From Turneriella sp. (GTDB lineage: Bacteria; Spirochaetota; Leptospiria; Turneriellales; Turneriellaceae): 64,000 nucleotides of DNA. Below are positions 18,369 through 28,974 of this stretch, one piece after another. Location of the stretch: positions 3,296,001-3,360,000 of the forward strand of contig CBDIID010000003.1 of NCBI GenBank assembly GCA_965279515.1, read 5' to 3'. Within the stretch, counting starts at the first letter, position 1. The number at the start of each line of letters is the position of its first letter. Under the pieces are notes generated by a model. The model saw nothing but the letters and a program-made list of their open reading frames with translations. It was not told the origin of the DNA and did no database searches. The translations under genes and the position numbers were made by a program.

Positions 18369-19206
18369 GCGCTATAAAGTCCCGAAGGGGTATCCCGGTT
18401 ATTATCCGCCGCCGCCACACATCGATCTCGCCGAGCGGTCGAAGGCAATTCTCGAACTCAAGGCGCCCGACGCCGAGCCTGAAGATCAAAAGCCGGGTCT
18501 TAAAAAACGGATCTTACTTTTTCTCGGTTCGTATATTCTGAAATACTATATTCAACTGGCATTCCGCACGTCGAAGCTACTGCTCTTCGATGTGCATCCC
18601 GATACGGAGAAGCTGCTCGCAGACCCGAAGGGGCAGTTTATCATTGCCATCTGGCATAACCGGCTGATGTATACAGTCTACAGCCTCTCAGACCATGTTG
18701 CCGGCCGCGGCCATGACATACTTGCAATTATTTCGCAATCCTCTGACGGCGAACTGATCGCCCGGGCAACGAAGATGTGGGGAGCATACACTGCACGCGG
18801 CTCATCGTCGCGCGGCGGTACATCCGCCCTGAAAAAAATTCTCCGCTACACAAAACTGCATTTTCATCCGCTCATCACTCCCGACGGGCCGCGCGGGCCT
18901 GTGTATATCGTCAAAGAGGGGTTACCGGCGATGGCGCGGTTCACCAATCTGCCGGTCGTGCCGATGTGTTATGCCGCAGAGAAAAAGTGGGTAACACGAT
19001 CGTGGGATCGCTTCATTATCCCGAAACTTTTCTCGAAGACGGTGCTCTCTTACGGGGCGCCGATCTACCTGGCGCGTGACATGCCGGTAGCCGAAGCCTG
19101 CGCGTATCTGCAAAACGCGATGATGGCGCAGGTCGATTTTGTCGAAGGGGCGCTGGCAGACCTGCTGGCCGGGAAAAAAGTCAGGTCTTTGCCGGAAAAT
19201 CCTTAA
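18361..19206 (+). CDS. DUF374 / lysophospholipid acyltransferase family protein
   Basis: WHNR, ISQSSDGE, RGSSSRGG, TPDGPRGP, SWDRF..PK.FS. Confidence 0.9.
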   Translation: MPKRYKVPKGYPGYYPPPPHIDLAERSKAILELKAPDAEPEDQKPGLKKRILLFLGSYILKYYIQLAFRTSKLLLFDVHPDTEKLLADPKGQFIIAIWHNRLMYTVYSLSDHVAGRGHDILAIISQSSDGELIARATKMWGAYTARGSSSRGGTSALKKILRYTKLHFHPLITPDGPRGPVYIVKEGLPAMARFTNLPVVPMCYAAEKKWVTRSWDRFIIPKLFSKTVLSYGAPIYLARDMPVAEACAYLQNAMMAQVDFVEGALADLLAGKKVRSLPENP

Positions 19207-21508
19207 GAAAAAGCATCAGCTCGCGGAACGGCATGGGGCGGGCGAGCAAATAACCCTGCATCATGTCGCAGCCCTGTGTCTTGAGAAACTGCCGCTGCTC
19301 TTTTGTCTCTACACCCTCGGCGACCACACTCAGCCGCAGGTTGTGCGCGAGCCCGATGATCGTGCGCACAATGGCCGCGTCATCCGGATCATCTTCGACG
19401 TCGCGCACAAACGATTGGTCGATTTTCAGGTAATGGATCTTGAGCTGGCGCAGGTAACTCAGCGATGAATAACCGGTGCCGAAATCGTCGATAGAAAATT
19501 TTACACCGATTTCAGAAAGCTGTCTGATGGCCTTGCGCGACTTTTGTGTGTCTTGCATGATCATACTCTCGGTCACTTCGAGTTCCAGGCGATTCGGCGG
19601 GAAGCCATGCCGCAGAATCACTTCTTCGACACTGGCAGCAAAATCCGTACTCTGTATCTGCCGGGCGCTGGCGTTTACAGAAACGCGCAGATCGCCGTAG
19701 CCGTGTTCCTTTAGGAGGTTAAAGTCGCGGGCAACCTGATTTAAAACCCACATGCCAATCTCGATGATCTGGCCCGACTCTTCAGCGATCGGAATGAACT
19801 TACAGGGAGAAATCTGGCCCAGGCCCGGGCGGTTCCAGCGTAATAGGGCTTCGCACGATTCTATCTTGCCATTTTTAAAATTCAGCTGCGGCTGGTAGTG
19901 GACTTCGAGCTCGCCCCTGTGAATCGCTTCGCGCAGCGCTGCATCGAGTTCGATACGCTCATGCGTGACACGGTTCAGTTCGTCAGAGAAATACTGGAAC
20001 TGGTTGCGGCCGCTTGCCTTCGCGTGGTACATCGCGATGTCGGCATTTTTCAGCAGTGTCTCGGCCTCTTTGCCGTCGCGCGGAAATACAGCAATGCCTA
20101 TGCTGGCGCTGGCGTTTACCCTAAAACCATCTATCTCCATGGGCTCAGAAATCTTGTGGCATATTTTCTGCGCCAGCGATGCCGCTTCTTCTGGCCGGGT
20201 GTCTTCGGGCAGCAGAATGATAAATTCATCGCCGCCGCGACGGGAAACAGTGTCGATTGCCGTAACCGAACTCCGGAGTATTTCGCCGATCCTCTTCAGG
20301 AATAAATCGCCGCGGTGGTGACCCAATGAGTCGTTGATTTTCTTGAAGTGATCGATATCGAGGAATAAAAGCGCAAAGGCGGATTGATGGGCTTCGGCAA
20401 AGGCGATCGCCTGGTGCAGCCGGTCGCCGAACAAGCCACGGTTGGGTAATCCCGTCAGCGCATCATGCTGGCCGAGATAGTGGATCTCCGCCTCTGCTTC
20501 GGCGCGCTGTAGTTCAGCCGAGGCACGCGCCGCAAAAATCTCGAGAATCGTGCGGTTCACCTCTGCATGCCGCGGCGAATTTTCATGCAGAACGCGTATG
20601 GTGCCGATCTCCGCCGCATTCTTATCGAGTAAGGGTATGCCAAAATGGTTGCGCACATGCGAAAAGTGACCTGGCAAGCCCCGGGGTATTTCATCGCCCG
20701 CAAACCTGAAGTTTTCCGTGATTTCGCCGTCGGCCCAGACTGCGAGCGTCTCAAATTCCCGGTTCTCCGCTTTTACGCGTCTGCCGATGATGGCCGATTT
20801 AGCGTCAAACATATGCGCCAGTTCGCGAACAAAAGATTGGAAAAACTCATCCCCTGTGCCGGTAGTGCCCGCCGCGATGCGCGAAAGCAGCGTTTCCTTC
20901 CGTTTCAGATCGAGCAAGGAAAGAATGACCTGCGCGCTGACCGCGAGAAAAAAGACCAGGATGCCGATATGTATTGCCTGGACGTCCTCCTGCGGAGTGC
21001 GCATCGCCCGCAAAATGTCCCAAATTCCGGTGATACCCATGACGCTGCCGCCGAGAATGATCGTGAGATTTTCCCGGTGGTTTCGAATCGTTGGGACTAA
21101 CATGGCCATCCACAGGCCGATTGCCACGAGCAGGCTCAGCTGAAAGAGGCGCAGCACGGATTCGAGCGAATGTGACCAGAATAGAATATAACAGGAAGCC
21201 GCAATGGTGATCACGGCGAAGTACTGCGCTATGCGCTTCAGGAAATTCCGGTAACCACCGTCAAAGATTCTGTTGAAATACAGCGACAAACCCAAAGGCA
21301 TGATATAAAAGGAGATGAGTTCCAGCTGCCGCCACGACCCGCTGTAAATTACCGTATGAGCCGGCGTGACACTCAGGCTCCAAATACCAATCGCAACCGA
21401 GAACAGTGAATAATAAAACACGAGAGGTCTGAATCGCCCGATCGCAATTAAAACAAAACCTGCGAAACCCGAGGCGACATAAATAATTGACGTGACTAAA
21501 ATTTCCAC
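19181..21508 (-). CDS. Membrane (7TM-like) GAF-like/GGDEF/EAL c-di-GMP enzyme
   Basis: N-terminal TM helices; HDALTGLPNR, GGDEF, EALLRW, DDFGTGYSS, AEGVE. Confidence 0.92.
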   Translation of the reverse strand: MEILVTSIIYVASGFAGFVLIAIGRFRPLVFYYSLFSVAIGIWSLSVTPAHTVIYSGSWRQLELISFYIMPLGLSLYFNRIFDGGYRNFLKRIAQYFAVITIAASCYILFWSHSLESVLRLFQLSLLVAIGLWMAMLVPTIRNHRENLTIILGGSVMGITGIWDILRAMRTPQEDVQAIHIGILVFFLAVSAQVILSLLDLKRKETLLSRIAAGTTGTGDEFFQSFVRELAHMFDAKSAIIGRRVKAENREFETLAVWADGEITENFRFAGDEIPRGLPGHFSHVRNHFGIPLLDKNAAEIGTIRVLHENSPRHAEVNRTILEIFAARASAELQRAEAEAEIHYLGQHDALTGLPNRGLFGDRLHQAIAFAEAHQSAFALLFLDIDHFKKINDSLGHHRGDLFLKRIGEILRSSVTAIDTVSRRGGDEFIILLPEDTRPEEAASLAQKICHKISEPMEIDGFRVNASASIGIAVFPRDGKEAETLLKNADIAMYHAKASGRNQFQYFSDELNRVTHERIELDAALREAIHRGELEVHYQPQLNFKNGKIESCEALLRWNRPGLGQISPCKFIPIAEESGQIIEIGMWVLNQVARDFNLLKEHGYGDLRVSVNASARQIQSTDFAASVEEVILRHGFPPNRLELEVTESMIMQDTQKSRKAIRQLSEIGVKFSIDDFGTGYSSLSYLRQLKIHYLKIDQSFVRDVEDDPDDAAIVRTIIGLAHNLRLSVVAEGVETKEQRQFLKTQGCDMMQGYLLARPMPFRELMLFLKDFPAKT

Positions 21509-21595
21509 AGCGCGGCCTCGGGCCTTTGAGTGTTTGTGGTTTCTGCGACAAGAACTTTTACAGCATGAATTTAAATTTTACGAAAAAAAAATAAA

Positions 21596-22309
21596 TTATT
21601 TTGGCTCGTTAGCGACGCTGTGGCAATACCGGCAACGTGCTTCGTAAATATTTTCCGGAAAATCTGCTCTCTTTTCGGCAAAAAGTTTGCTCTGCGCGAT
21701 CTCTTGCGAGGTTCCGACGGTAACAACTTCACTATAAAAAGAAGCAGGAGTGTATTCAGGCTTTCCTTCAGAGTTAATACCAACCAGTGTCAATTTCTGA
21801 CTGTGGTGCGCTTCGCCGCCACAGACGACGCAGATCGCAGAAAGTTTTAAAGATTCGTGCGCGATTGCCAGGTAGTCACCGACAGTTCTCTCTGAGCCCG
21901 CAATCGGGAATGGCATACGGCGGTAATCCTGATCGAGCAGAGACATGATGACATCGATACCCGACCGGCTCAATCGCCTGACCGTGTCGAATAAACTGCC
22001 ATCGAGAAACTGCGCTTCTTCAATCGCGACAATATCGGTACCTTCTGCGATCAATGGAGAAATTTCGCGCGGATGTGATATGACGTGAGCCTCTTCGCCC
22101 ACCTGCACGCTTTCATCGCCGGCCTGCGCGAGGTAATGCGGCAGAATTTGCGTCGCATGGTAACGGTTATCGATCGCCGGTTTGAAGAGCTGCACTTTTT
22201 TGCGTGCAATTTTAGCGCGGCGCACGCGGCGCAGCAGCTCTTCTGTTTTGCCCGAAAACATCGGGCCATGAATGACAGTGATCTTGCCGACGGCGGATTG
22301 ATCTTTCAT
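21596..22309 (-). CDS. tdk: Thymidine kinase (type II)
   Basis: GPMFSGKTEEL, IEEAQF, AICVVC, YEARCRYC. Confidence 0.93.
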   Translation of the reverse strand: MKDQSAVGKITVIHGPMFSGKTEELLRRVRRAKIARKKVQLFKPAIDNRYHATQILPHYLAQAGDESVQVGEEAHVISHPREISPLIAEGTDIVAIEEAQFLDGSLFDTVRRLSRSGIDVIMSLLDQDYRRMPFPIAGSERTVGDYLAIAHESLKLSAICVVCGGEAHHSQKLTLVGINSEGKPEYTPASFYSEVVTVGTSQEIAQSKLFAEKRADFPENIYEARCRYCHSVANEPK

Positions 22310-22314
22310 GCGCG

Positions 22315-23103
22315 TCAGTTTCCGTAGAACCAGGTTCCCACAGCCTCACCGGCGATGAGCCGGCGGACAATCCGCATATTTTTTCCGGCGGCGATGCTCA
22401 TGACCTGCCCCGCGGCGAGAATTTTTTCCCCTGCCTGCAGTTTTGTGATCATGCCGCCTGTGCCGCCACCGCCTTCGAGGGCGTCACCCGCGTGGCGTTT
22501 CACATCAGCAGAAACCTTCGCGACGTGAGGCACGGGCTTGCCATCGCGGTAAAACGCGTCGACGGTTGTCAGCAGTATTAACAGGGATTTCGGATAAAGC
22601 AGGGCAATATCGGCCGAAAGATTGTCATTATCGCCGACCTTGATCTCTTCGCTGGCGATGGCGTCGTTTTCATTGATGACAGGTACCGCACCCCAGTCGA
22701 GCAGCTGGTTGAGCGTGGCCTTGAGGTTCTGGCGGTGCAGCTTATTGATAAAGTCAGTGCGTGTGACGAGAATCTGCGCCGCGGCGAGTTTTTCCTTCGC
22801 GAAGGCGTTGCGGTATGAATCGATAAGCAGGCTTTGGCCGAGCGAAGCCAATGCCTGCTTTTCGCTCACAGAAGCCTTGGGTAAGGTCAGTTTATTGCGT
22901 TCTTTAAGAATCGCCCGGCCAAAACCCACAGCCCCGCTCGAGACGATGATGACTTTTTTTCCCTGCTTCTGCAGCTCACGGCATTCGCGCGCCACCGAGC
23001 GAAAATAGCTGAGGCTGCGTTTCTCGATATGCTCGGTCAAAACACCCGTTCCGAATTTCAGAACAACGTGCGTTGCTGCTTGAAGGCGACTTTCCAGGTT
23101 CAT
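22315..23103 (-). CDS. proB: Glutamate 5-kinase (short form, no PUA domain)
   Basis: LKFGT, VSSGAV, KQALASLGQ, PVINEND, GDNDNLSA, GTGGMITK. Confidence 0.95.
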   Translation of the reverse strand: MNLESRLQAATHVVLKFGTGVLTEHIEKRSLSYFRSVARECRELQKQGKKVIIVSSGAVGFGRAILKERNKLTLPKASVSEKQALASLGQSLLIDSYRNAFAKEKLAAAQILVTRTDFINKLHRQNLKATLNQLLDWGAVPVINENDAIASEEIKVGDNDNLSADIALLYPKSLLILLTTVDAFYRDGKPVPHVAKVSADVKRHAGDALEGGGGTGGMITKLQAGEKILAAGQVMSIAAGKNMRIVRRLIAGEAVGTWFYGN

Positions 23104-23109
23104 CGGCTG

Positions 23110-24276
23110 TCAGACCTGCATTACCTGTTTTTGCACAACCGCGCGTGCCGCTTTGTCATAGTCCATGAGGCCTTCGATGGTATTAAAATCGCGCTTTTCG
23201 AATGTTGTGCTGAGGGCGCGTTCGATGAGTTCAGAGATCTCGCCAAAGCGGATATCCCCCGCAAGAAAAGCGGCGACCGCGGCTTCGTTGGCGGCGTTGA
23301 AGACCGCGGGAAAATATTTGCCCTGGGTACCCGCACTTCGCCCCAGCGCATACGAACGGAATTTTTTTTCATCCACCGGGAAAAATTCGAGCGCGGGGTA
23401 ATTGGCCGGCGCTTTCGCGGCTACGCAGACTTTAGATTCCTGCGGGTAATACATCGCATACGCTATCGGGTAACGCATATCGGGCTGGCTCACATGCTGT
23501 GTCACGGTACCGTCTGAATATTCAACCATCGCATGCACATAGCTCTGCGGATGGATTACCGCCTGAATTTTTTCGTAAGGCAGGTTGAAAAGATAATGTG
23601 CTTCTATCACTTCGAGCGCCTTATTGGTAAGGCCGGCGGAATCGACGGTGATTTTCTGTCCCATCACCCAGGTCGGGTGTTTCAACACAAGTTCTTTCGA
23701 GGCATTGTAAAAGTTATCGCCGTGGACATGCAGCAGGGGGCCGCCGCTGGCTGTGAGGTATGTGCAGCTAACCCCACCCCCGCCCCTCCCCTTATAGGGG
23801 AGGGGTGAAGACGAATCGCTCCCCCCTATAAGGGGGGAGCCGGAGGGGGGTTCTAAAAGCCGCCACAGGCTCGAGTGCTCTGAATCGATGGGCAGAAACT
23901 TTGCCCCGTTTTTGCGGGCGGCGGCGTTGACGACTTCGCCTGCAATGACGAGGCTTTCTTTGTTGGCGAGTAGAATGGTTTCGCCGCGGTTCGCCGCCTC
24001 GAGGGTGGTGGTGACGCCGGCCGCACCGACGATGGCAATGATGATAAAATCGTGCTCCAGGTCGAGTAGCGCGCGGGTTTTTTCCGCAGCGTCGGGTGAG
24101 GCTGTCGAAAACGATTGTCTGACGTTAAATTCGCGGGCAATCCCACTTGCTTTTTCTTCATTGTTGTGCCAGGTAAAGCCAACCAGCTCAAAGTCATCGC
24201 CGTGCTGGCGCAGAATATCAAGCGTCGAGTCGCCGATCGAACCTGTTGCACCGAAGAGAAGGAATTTCTTTTTCAT
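23110..24276 (-). CDS. dxr: 1-deoxy-D-xylulose-5-phosphate reductoisomerase (with repeat-encoded insertion)
   Basis: GATGSIG, LANKE, PIDSEH, TASGG, HPTWVMGQKITVDSA, NKALE, NAANE. Confidence 0.97.
   Translation of the reverse strand: MKKKFLLFGATGSIGDSTLDILRQHGDDFELVGFTWHNNEEKASGIAREFNVRQSFSTASPDAAEKTRALLDLEHDFIIIAIVGAAGVTTTLEAANRGETILLANKESLVIAGEVVNAAARKNGAKFLPIDSEHSSLWRLLEPPSGSPLIGGSDSSSPLPYKGRGGGGVSCTYLTASGGPLLHVHGDNFYNASKELVLKHPTWVMGQKITVDSAGLTNKALEVIEAHYLFNLPYEKIQAVIHPQSYVHAMVEYSDGTVTQHVSQPDMRYPIAYAMYYPQESKVCVAAKAPANYPALEFFPVDEKKFRSYALGRSAGTQGKYFPAVFNAANEAAVAAFLAGDIRFGEISELIERALSTTFEKRDFNTIEGLMDYDKAARAVVQKQVMQV
23770..23852. repeat. Inverted pair of family-1 (CCCCTCCCC) palindromic units inside dxr
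   Basis: CCCCTCCCC-TTATA-GGGGAGGGG (23783-23805) and GCTCCCCCC-TATAA-GGGGGGAGC (23818-23840); unit 1 near-identical to 38208-38244. Confidence 0.9.
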
Positions 24277-24341
24277 CTATATCTTGGTCGTCGGGCGGAA
24301 CCATCTATAAGTAACCACGGCGGCACGGCGAACACGGCGCA

Positions 24342-25259
24342 TTACAGCCGACGCAGTTCTTGCACGATATAGAAGTAGTAGTATGCCGCGGGGATCGTGA
24401 TGAGCATCGCATCGAGAAGATCGAGCACGCCACCGTGGCCGGGAATCAGGCCGCCTGAGTCTTTGATGCCCGCGTCGCGCTTGAGCAATGATTCAGAGAG
24501 ATCACCGAGAATGGAGGCAAAATAGATAATCACACCGAAGATCGACATTTCCAGATAGCTGTAAGCCGGGACGTTGAAATACTTGCGGGCAACATAATAG
24601 AACACGAGAACGAGGGCATTCTGCATAACCCCGCCGAGAATATAGCCCTCGTAGGTCTTGTTGGGGCTGACGGCAAAGCCGACTTTATGGCGGCCGAAAG
24701 CCTTGCCCATAAAATAGCCGCCGGTATCAGCCATGGCGGTAGCCCAGGTCACCATCCAGACATAGAAGAGGCCGTTATCGAGACTATAAAGAAGAAACAG
24801 GTGCGAGAAGGTAAAGGGCAGGTAAATGACCGACATCGCATAGACCGCGAGAATCAGCAGCGAGTTTTCGACGCGGTTCTTCAGCAGCTGTAGTTTTAGC
24901 AGCGAGAAAAGGAAGACAAAGGTCAATCCACCTAGCAGCGCATAGTTGAATTTAAGTAGATTCAGCGCCTTTTTAATGCCTTCATTATAGAGCGGCGCGC
25001 CGGGAACATAATAGTTCGCCTGCCAGGCAAGGTAGACCAGGGTCAACAGCAATATCGTACTGACGACACCCAAGGTCTTTGGTATTTTCTCCTTAATTTT
25101 GGCTTCCGCGAGCTCGTAGAATTCGCGGATACCCAAAACGGCGCAAAGCATCGTGAAAGCATAGAGCGGGAACATGTACATGCCCTGGTAGCAGATGCTG
25201 AAAATGAACGCCCCAGCGATGAGAAGGCCGCTAATCAAGCGTTTTGGTGTTTCGCCCAT
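24342..25259 (-). CDS. cdsA: Phosphatidate cytidylyltransferase
   Basis: DTGGYFMG, SPNKTYEG, GDLSESLLKR..IKDSG..IPGHGGVLD; start uncertain (25259 or 25280). Confidence 0.95.
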   Translation of the reverse strand: MGETPKRLISGLLIAGAFIFSICYQGMYMFPLYAFTMLCAVLGIREFYELAEAKIKEKIPKTLGVVSTILLLTLVYLAWQANYYVPGAPLYNEGIKKALNLLKFNYALLGGLTFVFLFSLLKLQLLKNRVENSLLILAVYAMSVIYLPFTFSHLFLLYSLDNGLFYVWMVTWATAMADTGGYFMGKAFGRHKVGFAVSPNKTYEGYILGGVMQNALVLVFYYVARKYFNVPAYSYLEMSIFGVIIYFASILGDLSESLLKRDAGIKDSGGLIPGHGGVLDLLDAMLITIPAAYYYFYIVQELRRL

Positions 25260-25301
25260 GTGCGAGGGCAGGTATTTCATTGAGGTTGTCAACGATACGC
25301 T

Positions 25302-28130
25302 ATGGGAATAGCGGTGACATGCGGAAAAACGGGATTTACACAGTGCTATCCGGTGCGTCCGCTACCGGCAGTGATCGCCCGCACGATTCTTTTGATTCTC
25401 GCGGCGACAGTGTTGCCGGCCGCACCCCTTCTGGCTAAGGTCGTTTCCCCAGAAGATACGGCGGTAATAACGGGAAATGAAAGCCGCGCGCGTCTTGTTG
25501 GCCGGCAAACCTATATCCTCGAAGACCAGGATGCCGCCATAACGATTACCGATATTCTTAAGCCTGAGCTGCAAAGCCGTTTCAGACGCAACGGACGCGA
25601 CACCATCATCCGTGGTCTCGGGAGCCGCCCGTTCTGGCTCAAGGTGTCGCTGCAGAATACTTCAGGTTTCAGAGCATGGCTGGAGTTAGCGAGTATCCAT
25701 CTCTGGTACGTGGACTTTTACGCCGAGGTGAAAGGTAAATACACGCGCATTTTTGAGGCGGGTTCGCTGCACAACCGCACTCTCAGAATCGGGCAGTCGA
25801 ATGTCGTCAATCTCCCCATACCTGTGGGTGCCGAAGTGCAGACGTTCTACATCCGCGCCGTGGCCCTGCCGGCAGTGCAGGTACCCATCTACGCCGGTAC
25901 GACGCAGCAGCTCGCGGAGAAAAAAGCCGTCGATGACTATTTTGTCGGCGGCTTTGTCGGCCTGATGCTGATTACGTTTCTCTTTAATCTTTTTCTGCTG
26001 TTTTCAACCCGCGATCGCACCTACATCTGGTATCTTGCCTACATTCCCGCGGCGGTACTCTCGATCACATTTCTCAAACATTATCCGATCGTCACGGCCC
26101 TCACACCCGCGAGCTGGCACGATTTTTTTTACACGCATCCGTCGTGGTGGAACCTGCCACTCATACTGGCCGGTTTTTTTGCCATCAGCCTTTTGAAGCT
26201 GAATCAGTTCAAAACCCTGAAGTATGCCATGCAGTTTGTTCTATTCTGTTTTATCGTGGTTCTGCCGCTACAGGATTTTTTCGGTCTGCTACCGCATGTG
26301 ACGATGCCGATGCTTTCGCGGCCTTTGCAGGCGGCGTATAACATCCTCATTGTTGGCGTTGCCGGCTACCTGTGGATTTTCCGCCGCCAGCGGATGGCCT
26401 TCTATTTTATTCTCGCATGGATAGGAGCACTCGGCGGTACAACAATACAGTTACTGACGGTGAGCGGCAGATTGCCATTTAATTTTTTCACCGACAATGC
26501 TCTCTATTTCGGCATCGCCTGGGAGATTATGCTCTTCTCGCTGGCTTTGACCGACAGGCTCAAACAGGCCAATCTCAAAAACCTCTCGCGCAGCAACGCC
26601 CTGCTGCAGCAAACCAGCAACATGGCGCGCATCGGCGGCTGGGAGTTTTTTCCGGATGAAGATCGTTTTTACTGGTCGGATATCACGCGTACCATGTATG
26701 ATGCGCCCGAGAGTTTTATTCCGCGCCCTGACAATGCCTTTCAGTTCTACGAGGATCGCAAAAGCCGGCTTATCATGGTGCGCGCCTTCACTGCCTGCCG
26801 CGAACATGGTATACCTTACGATATCGAGCTACAGGTTATCACCCTGAAGGGCAGGCAAATCTGGATCCGAACGATGGGTGAGGCGGAGTTCGAAAAAAAT
26901 GTCTGCGTGCGCGTTTTCGGCACCTGCCAGGATATCACCGGGCGCAAGCACGCAGAGTTCGAACTCATTCGGGCAAAGGAAGCCGCCGAAGTGGCGGCGC
27001 GCGCTAAATCTGATTTTCTTTCGACCATGAGCCATGAAATACGCACGCCGATGAGTGGCGTCATCGGCATGGCTTCGCTACTGGCCGACACTGAACTCGA
27101 CGAAAACCAGCGCAGTTATGTCGAAGTCTTGAACCGCAGTGGTGAAAATCTGCTGAACCTCATTAACGATATTCTCGATTTTTCGCGCATCGAGGCGGGC
27201 AAAACGGTGCTGGCGCATGAGCCCTTTGATCCTCTGGTTATTTCACGGCAGGTTGTCGATCTCATGACACCCAAAGGTGCCGAGCGGGGCAATGCCATCG
27301 AGACGTATTTCGATCCGGCGATCCGGTATCTCGTCGAGGGGGATGAATTCCGGCTGAAGCAGATACTTTCGAACCTCGTCGGTAACGCCGTGAAATTTAC
27401 GGAACAGGGCGCGATCCTTTTGAGCATCCGCGAACTTGTTCAAAAGGATGATCGTGTCGAACTCGAATTTTCAGTTTCAGATACCGGCATCGGCATACCC
27501 GCTGATAAGATCGACCTGCTCTTTAAGCCCTTCACCCAGGTCGATGGCTCGATCGCCCGCCGTTATGGCGGTACCGGCCTGGGGCTTTCCATCTGCCAGC
27601 GGCTCGTCGACCTGATGGGTGGCACCATCGCCATCGCGAGCACCGAAGGGCGCGGTACCAGGGTGACAGTGCGGCTCGCCTTCCCGCGCGTGGTGGCGCC
27701 AGAAAACCCACCGGATTCGCTGCCGGTGCCGGTTGATTTTTCGCGTCATTATGCAGCACTCGTTGTCGACGATGATCCTGTAATCCGCGAAATGCTTGCA
27801 ACAATGCTTGTGAAGTTGGGTTTCGATGTTGTGACTGCATCGGACGGTGACGAAGCAGTGCTGCGGTGCCGCGAGAAAAAATTCGATTTTATAACAATGG
27901 ACACGAACATGCCGCGCGTGAGTGGTTACGAAGCAATTGGCGAGATCCGCAAACTTTCGGGCTCCGAAGAGCATCCGGTAATTATCAGTGTCTCGGCGAC
28001 GGTTGGTCCTGCCGAAGCCATCCACGCCATGGAAACCGGTGCCAATGACGTTCTGACAAAACCGTTTACGTTCGAGTCAATCCGGAATTTGATGTTACGT
28101 TGGGACGCCGTATTGCGGCGTAGGGAGTAA
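25302..28130 (+). CDS. Hybrid sensor histidine kinase (7TMR-DISM extracellular + 7TM, PAS, HisKA, HATPase, REC)
   Basis: FWLKV..LE, 7 TM helices, [28 protein letters not shown]-terminal receiver; true start may be GTG 25371. Confidence 0.92.
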   Translation: MGIAVTCGKTGFTQCYPVRPLPAVIARTILLILAATVLPAAPLLAKVVSPEDTAVITGNESRARLVGRQTYILEDQDAAITITDILKPELQSRFRRNGRDTIIRGLGSRPFWLKVSLQNTSGFRAWLELASIHLWYVDFYAEVKGKYTRIFEAGSLHNRTLRIGQSNVVNLPIPVGAEVQTFYIRAVALPAVQVPIYAGTTQQLAEKKAVDDYFVGGFVGLMLITFLFNLFLLFSTRDRTYIWYLAYIPAAVLSITFLKHYPIVTALTPASWHDFFYTHPSWWNLPLILAGFFAISLLKLNQFKTLKYAMQFVLFCFIVVLPLQDFFGLLPHVTMPMLSRPLQAAYNILIVGVAGYLWIFRRQRMAFYFILAWIGALGGTTIQLLTVSGRLPFNFFTDNALYFGIAWEIMLFSLALTDRLKQANLKNLSRSNALLQQTSNMARIGGWEFFPDEDRFYWSDITRTMYDAPESFIPRPDNAFQFYEDRKSRLIMVRAFTACREHGIPYDIELQVITLKGRQIWIRTMGEAEFEKNVCVRVFGTCQDITGRKHAEFELIRAKEAAEVAARAKSDFLSTMSHEIRTPMSGVIGMASLLADTELDENQRSYVEVLNRSGENLLNLINDILDFSRIEAGKTVLAHEPFDPLVISRQVVDLMTPKGAERGNAIETYFDPAIRYLVEGDEFRLKQILSNLVGNAVKFTEQGAILLSIRELVQKDDRVELEFSVSDTGIGIPADKIDLLFKPFTQVDGSIARRYGGTGLGLSICQRLVDLMGGTIAIASTEGRGTRVTVRLAFPRVVAPENPPDSLPVPVDFSRHYAALVVDDDPVIREMLATMLVKLGFDVVTASDGDEAVLRCREKKFDFITMDTNMPRVSGYEAIGEIRKLSGSEEHPVIISVSATVGPAEAIHAMETGANDVLTKPFTFESIRNLMLRWDAVLRRRE

Positions 28131-28132
28131 GC

Positions 28133-28879
28133 ATGCAGCAACAGCCGATCAAAAAGACCTACCGAATCTTGCTTGCCGAAGACGACCATGGCACGGTCGA
28201 GTTTGTGACGGCGGCGCTCGAACGTTATAATTTCACGGTTACACATGCAGGGGAAGGCCGTGCAGCGCTACGCCGTCTTTCTGAGGAATCCTTCGAGCTG
28301 ATGCTGTGCGACGTCATGATGCCGCATATCGACGGCTTTAAGGCACTTGAGAATGCGCGCGAAAACCGCGTGCCAATACCGCCGGTGATCATGCTGACCG
28401 CGCTGCACGATCAGGAATCTGTGCTGCGGGCGAAAAAGCTCGGTGCCGCCGGCTATCTCGCGAAACCCTGTACCGCAACGCAGCTTATCGCAAAAGTCAA
28501 GGCAACCTTGGAATTGGCGGACGAAGATTTGGTAGATAAGTCTGCATTGCCCTTCACTATCAAAACGAGCGTTACGGATAATACGCTGATGCTGTCATTG
28601 GTCGGTTGCCCGATGAAAAACCCTTTGGGCGATCTGATCAAAGCTATGGCCCGCGTGGCGACGCTGCAGTTAGCTTTCAAAGCCGCGGAAATTCAGGCTG
28701 GTACAGATTTTCTCTACGCGGCAGCTGCCTTTGAGTATCTCAAAGCCATGGCCGGTTACCTGCAGAAATCCTACCATATTTCCAGGCCGAATATACAATT
28801 TAGCGGGCCGTTTTTTTCTCACGCAGACAAGGTATCCCTTCATGCTTTTAAGGAAGATTTTAGCGTTATCGTATCCTGA
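28133..28879 (+). CDS. Response regulator with unrecognised C-terminal domain
   Basis: AEDD, CDVMMP..DG, MLTA, YLAKP; 2 nt after the kinase stop. Confidence 0.88.
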   Translation: MQQQPIKKTYRILLAEDDHGTVEFVTAALERYNFTVTHAGEGRAALRRLSEESFELMLCDVMMPHIDGFKALENARENRVPIPPVIMLTALHDQESVLRAKKLGAAGYLAKPCTATQLIAKVKATLELADEDLVDKSALPFTIKTSVTDNTLMLSLVGCPMKNPLGDLIKAMARVATLQLAFKAAEIQAGTDFLYAAAAFEYLKAMAGYLQKSYHISRPNIQFSGPFFSHADKVSLHAFKEDFSVIVS

Positions 28880-28974
28880 AGACGCCGACGTGTGCTGCCG
28901 ATAGATTTGTGTTTGACTTCGCGAATAAGGTTGCCATTTCTTAGCGTCACTCGTCTAAGTTGAGAGAAGCCTAA

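Noticed and set aside
19181..19206. 26-nt overlap of convergent gene ends
   Set aside because: Short 3' overlaps are ordinary in compact genomes.
22315..23103. proB as a truncated pseudogene
   Set aside because: PUA-less glutamate kinases are known and all catalytic motifs are intact.
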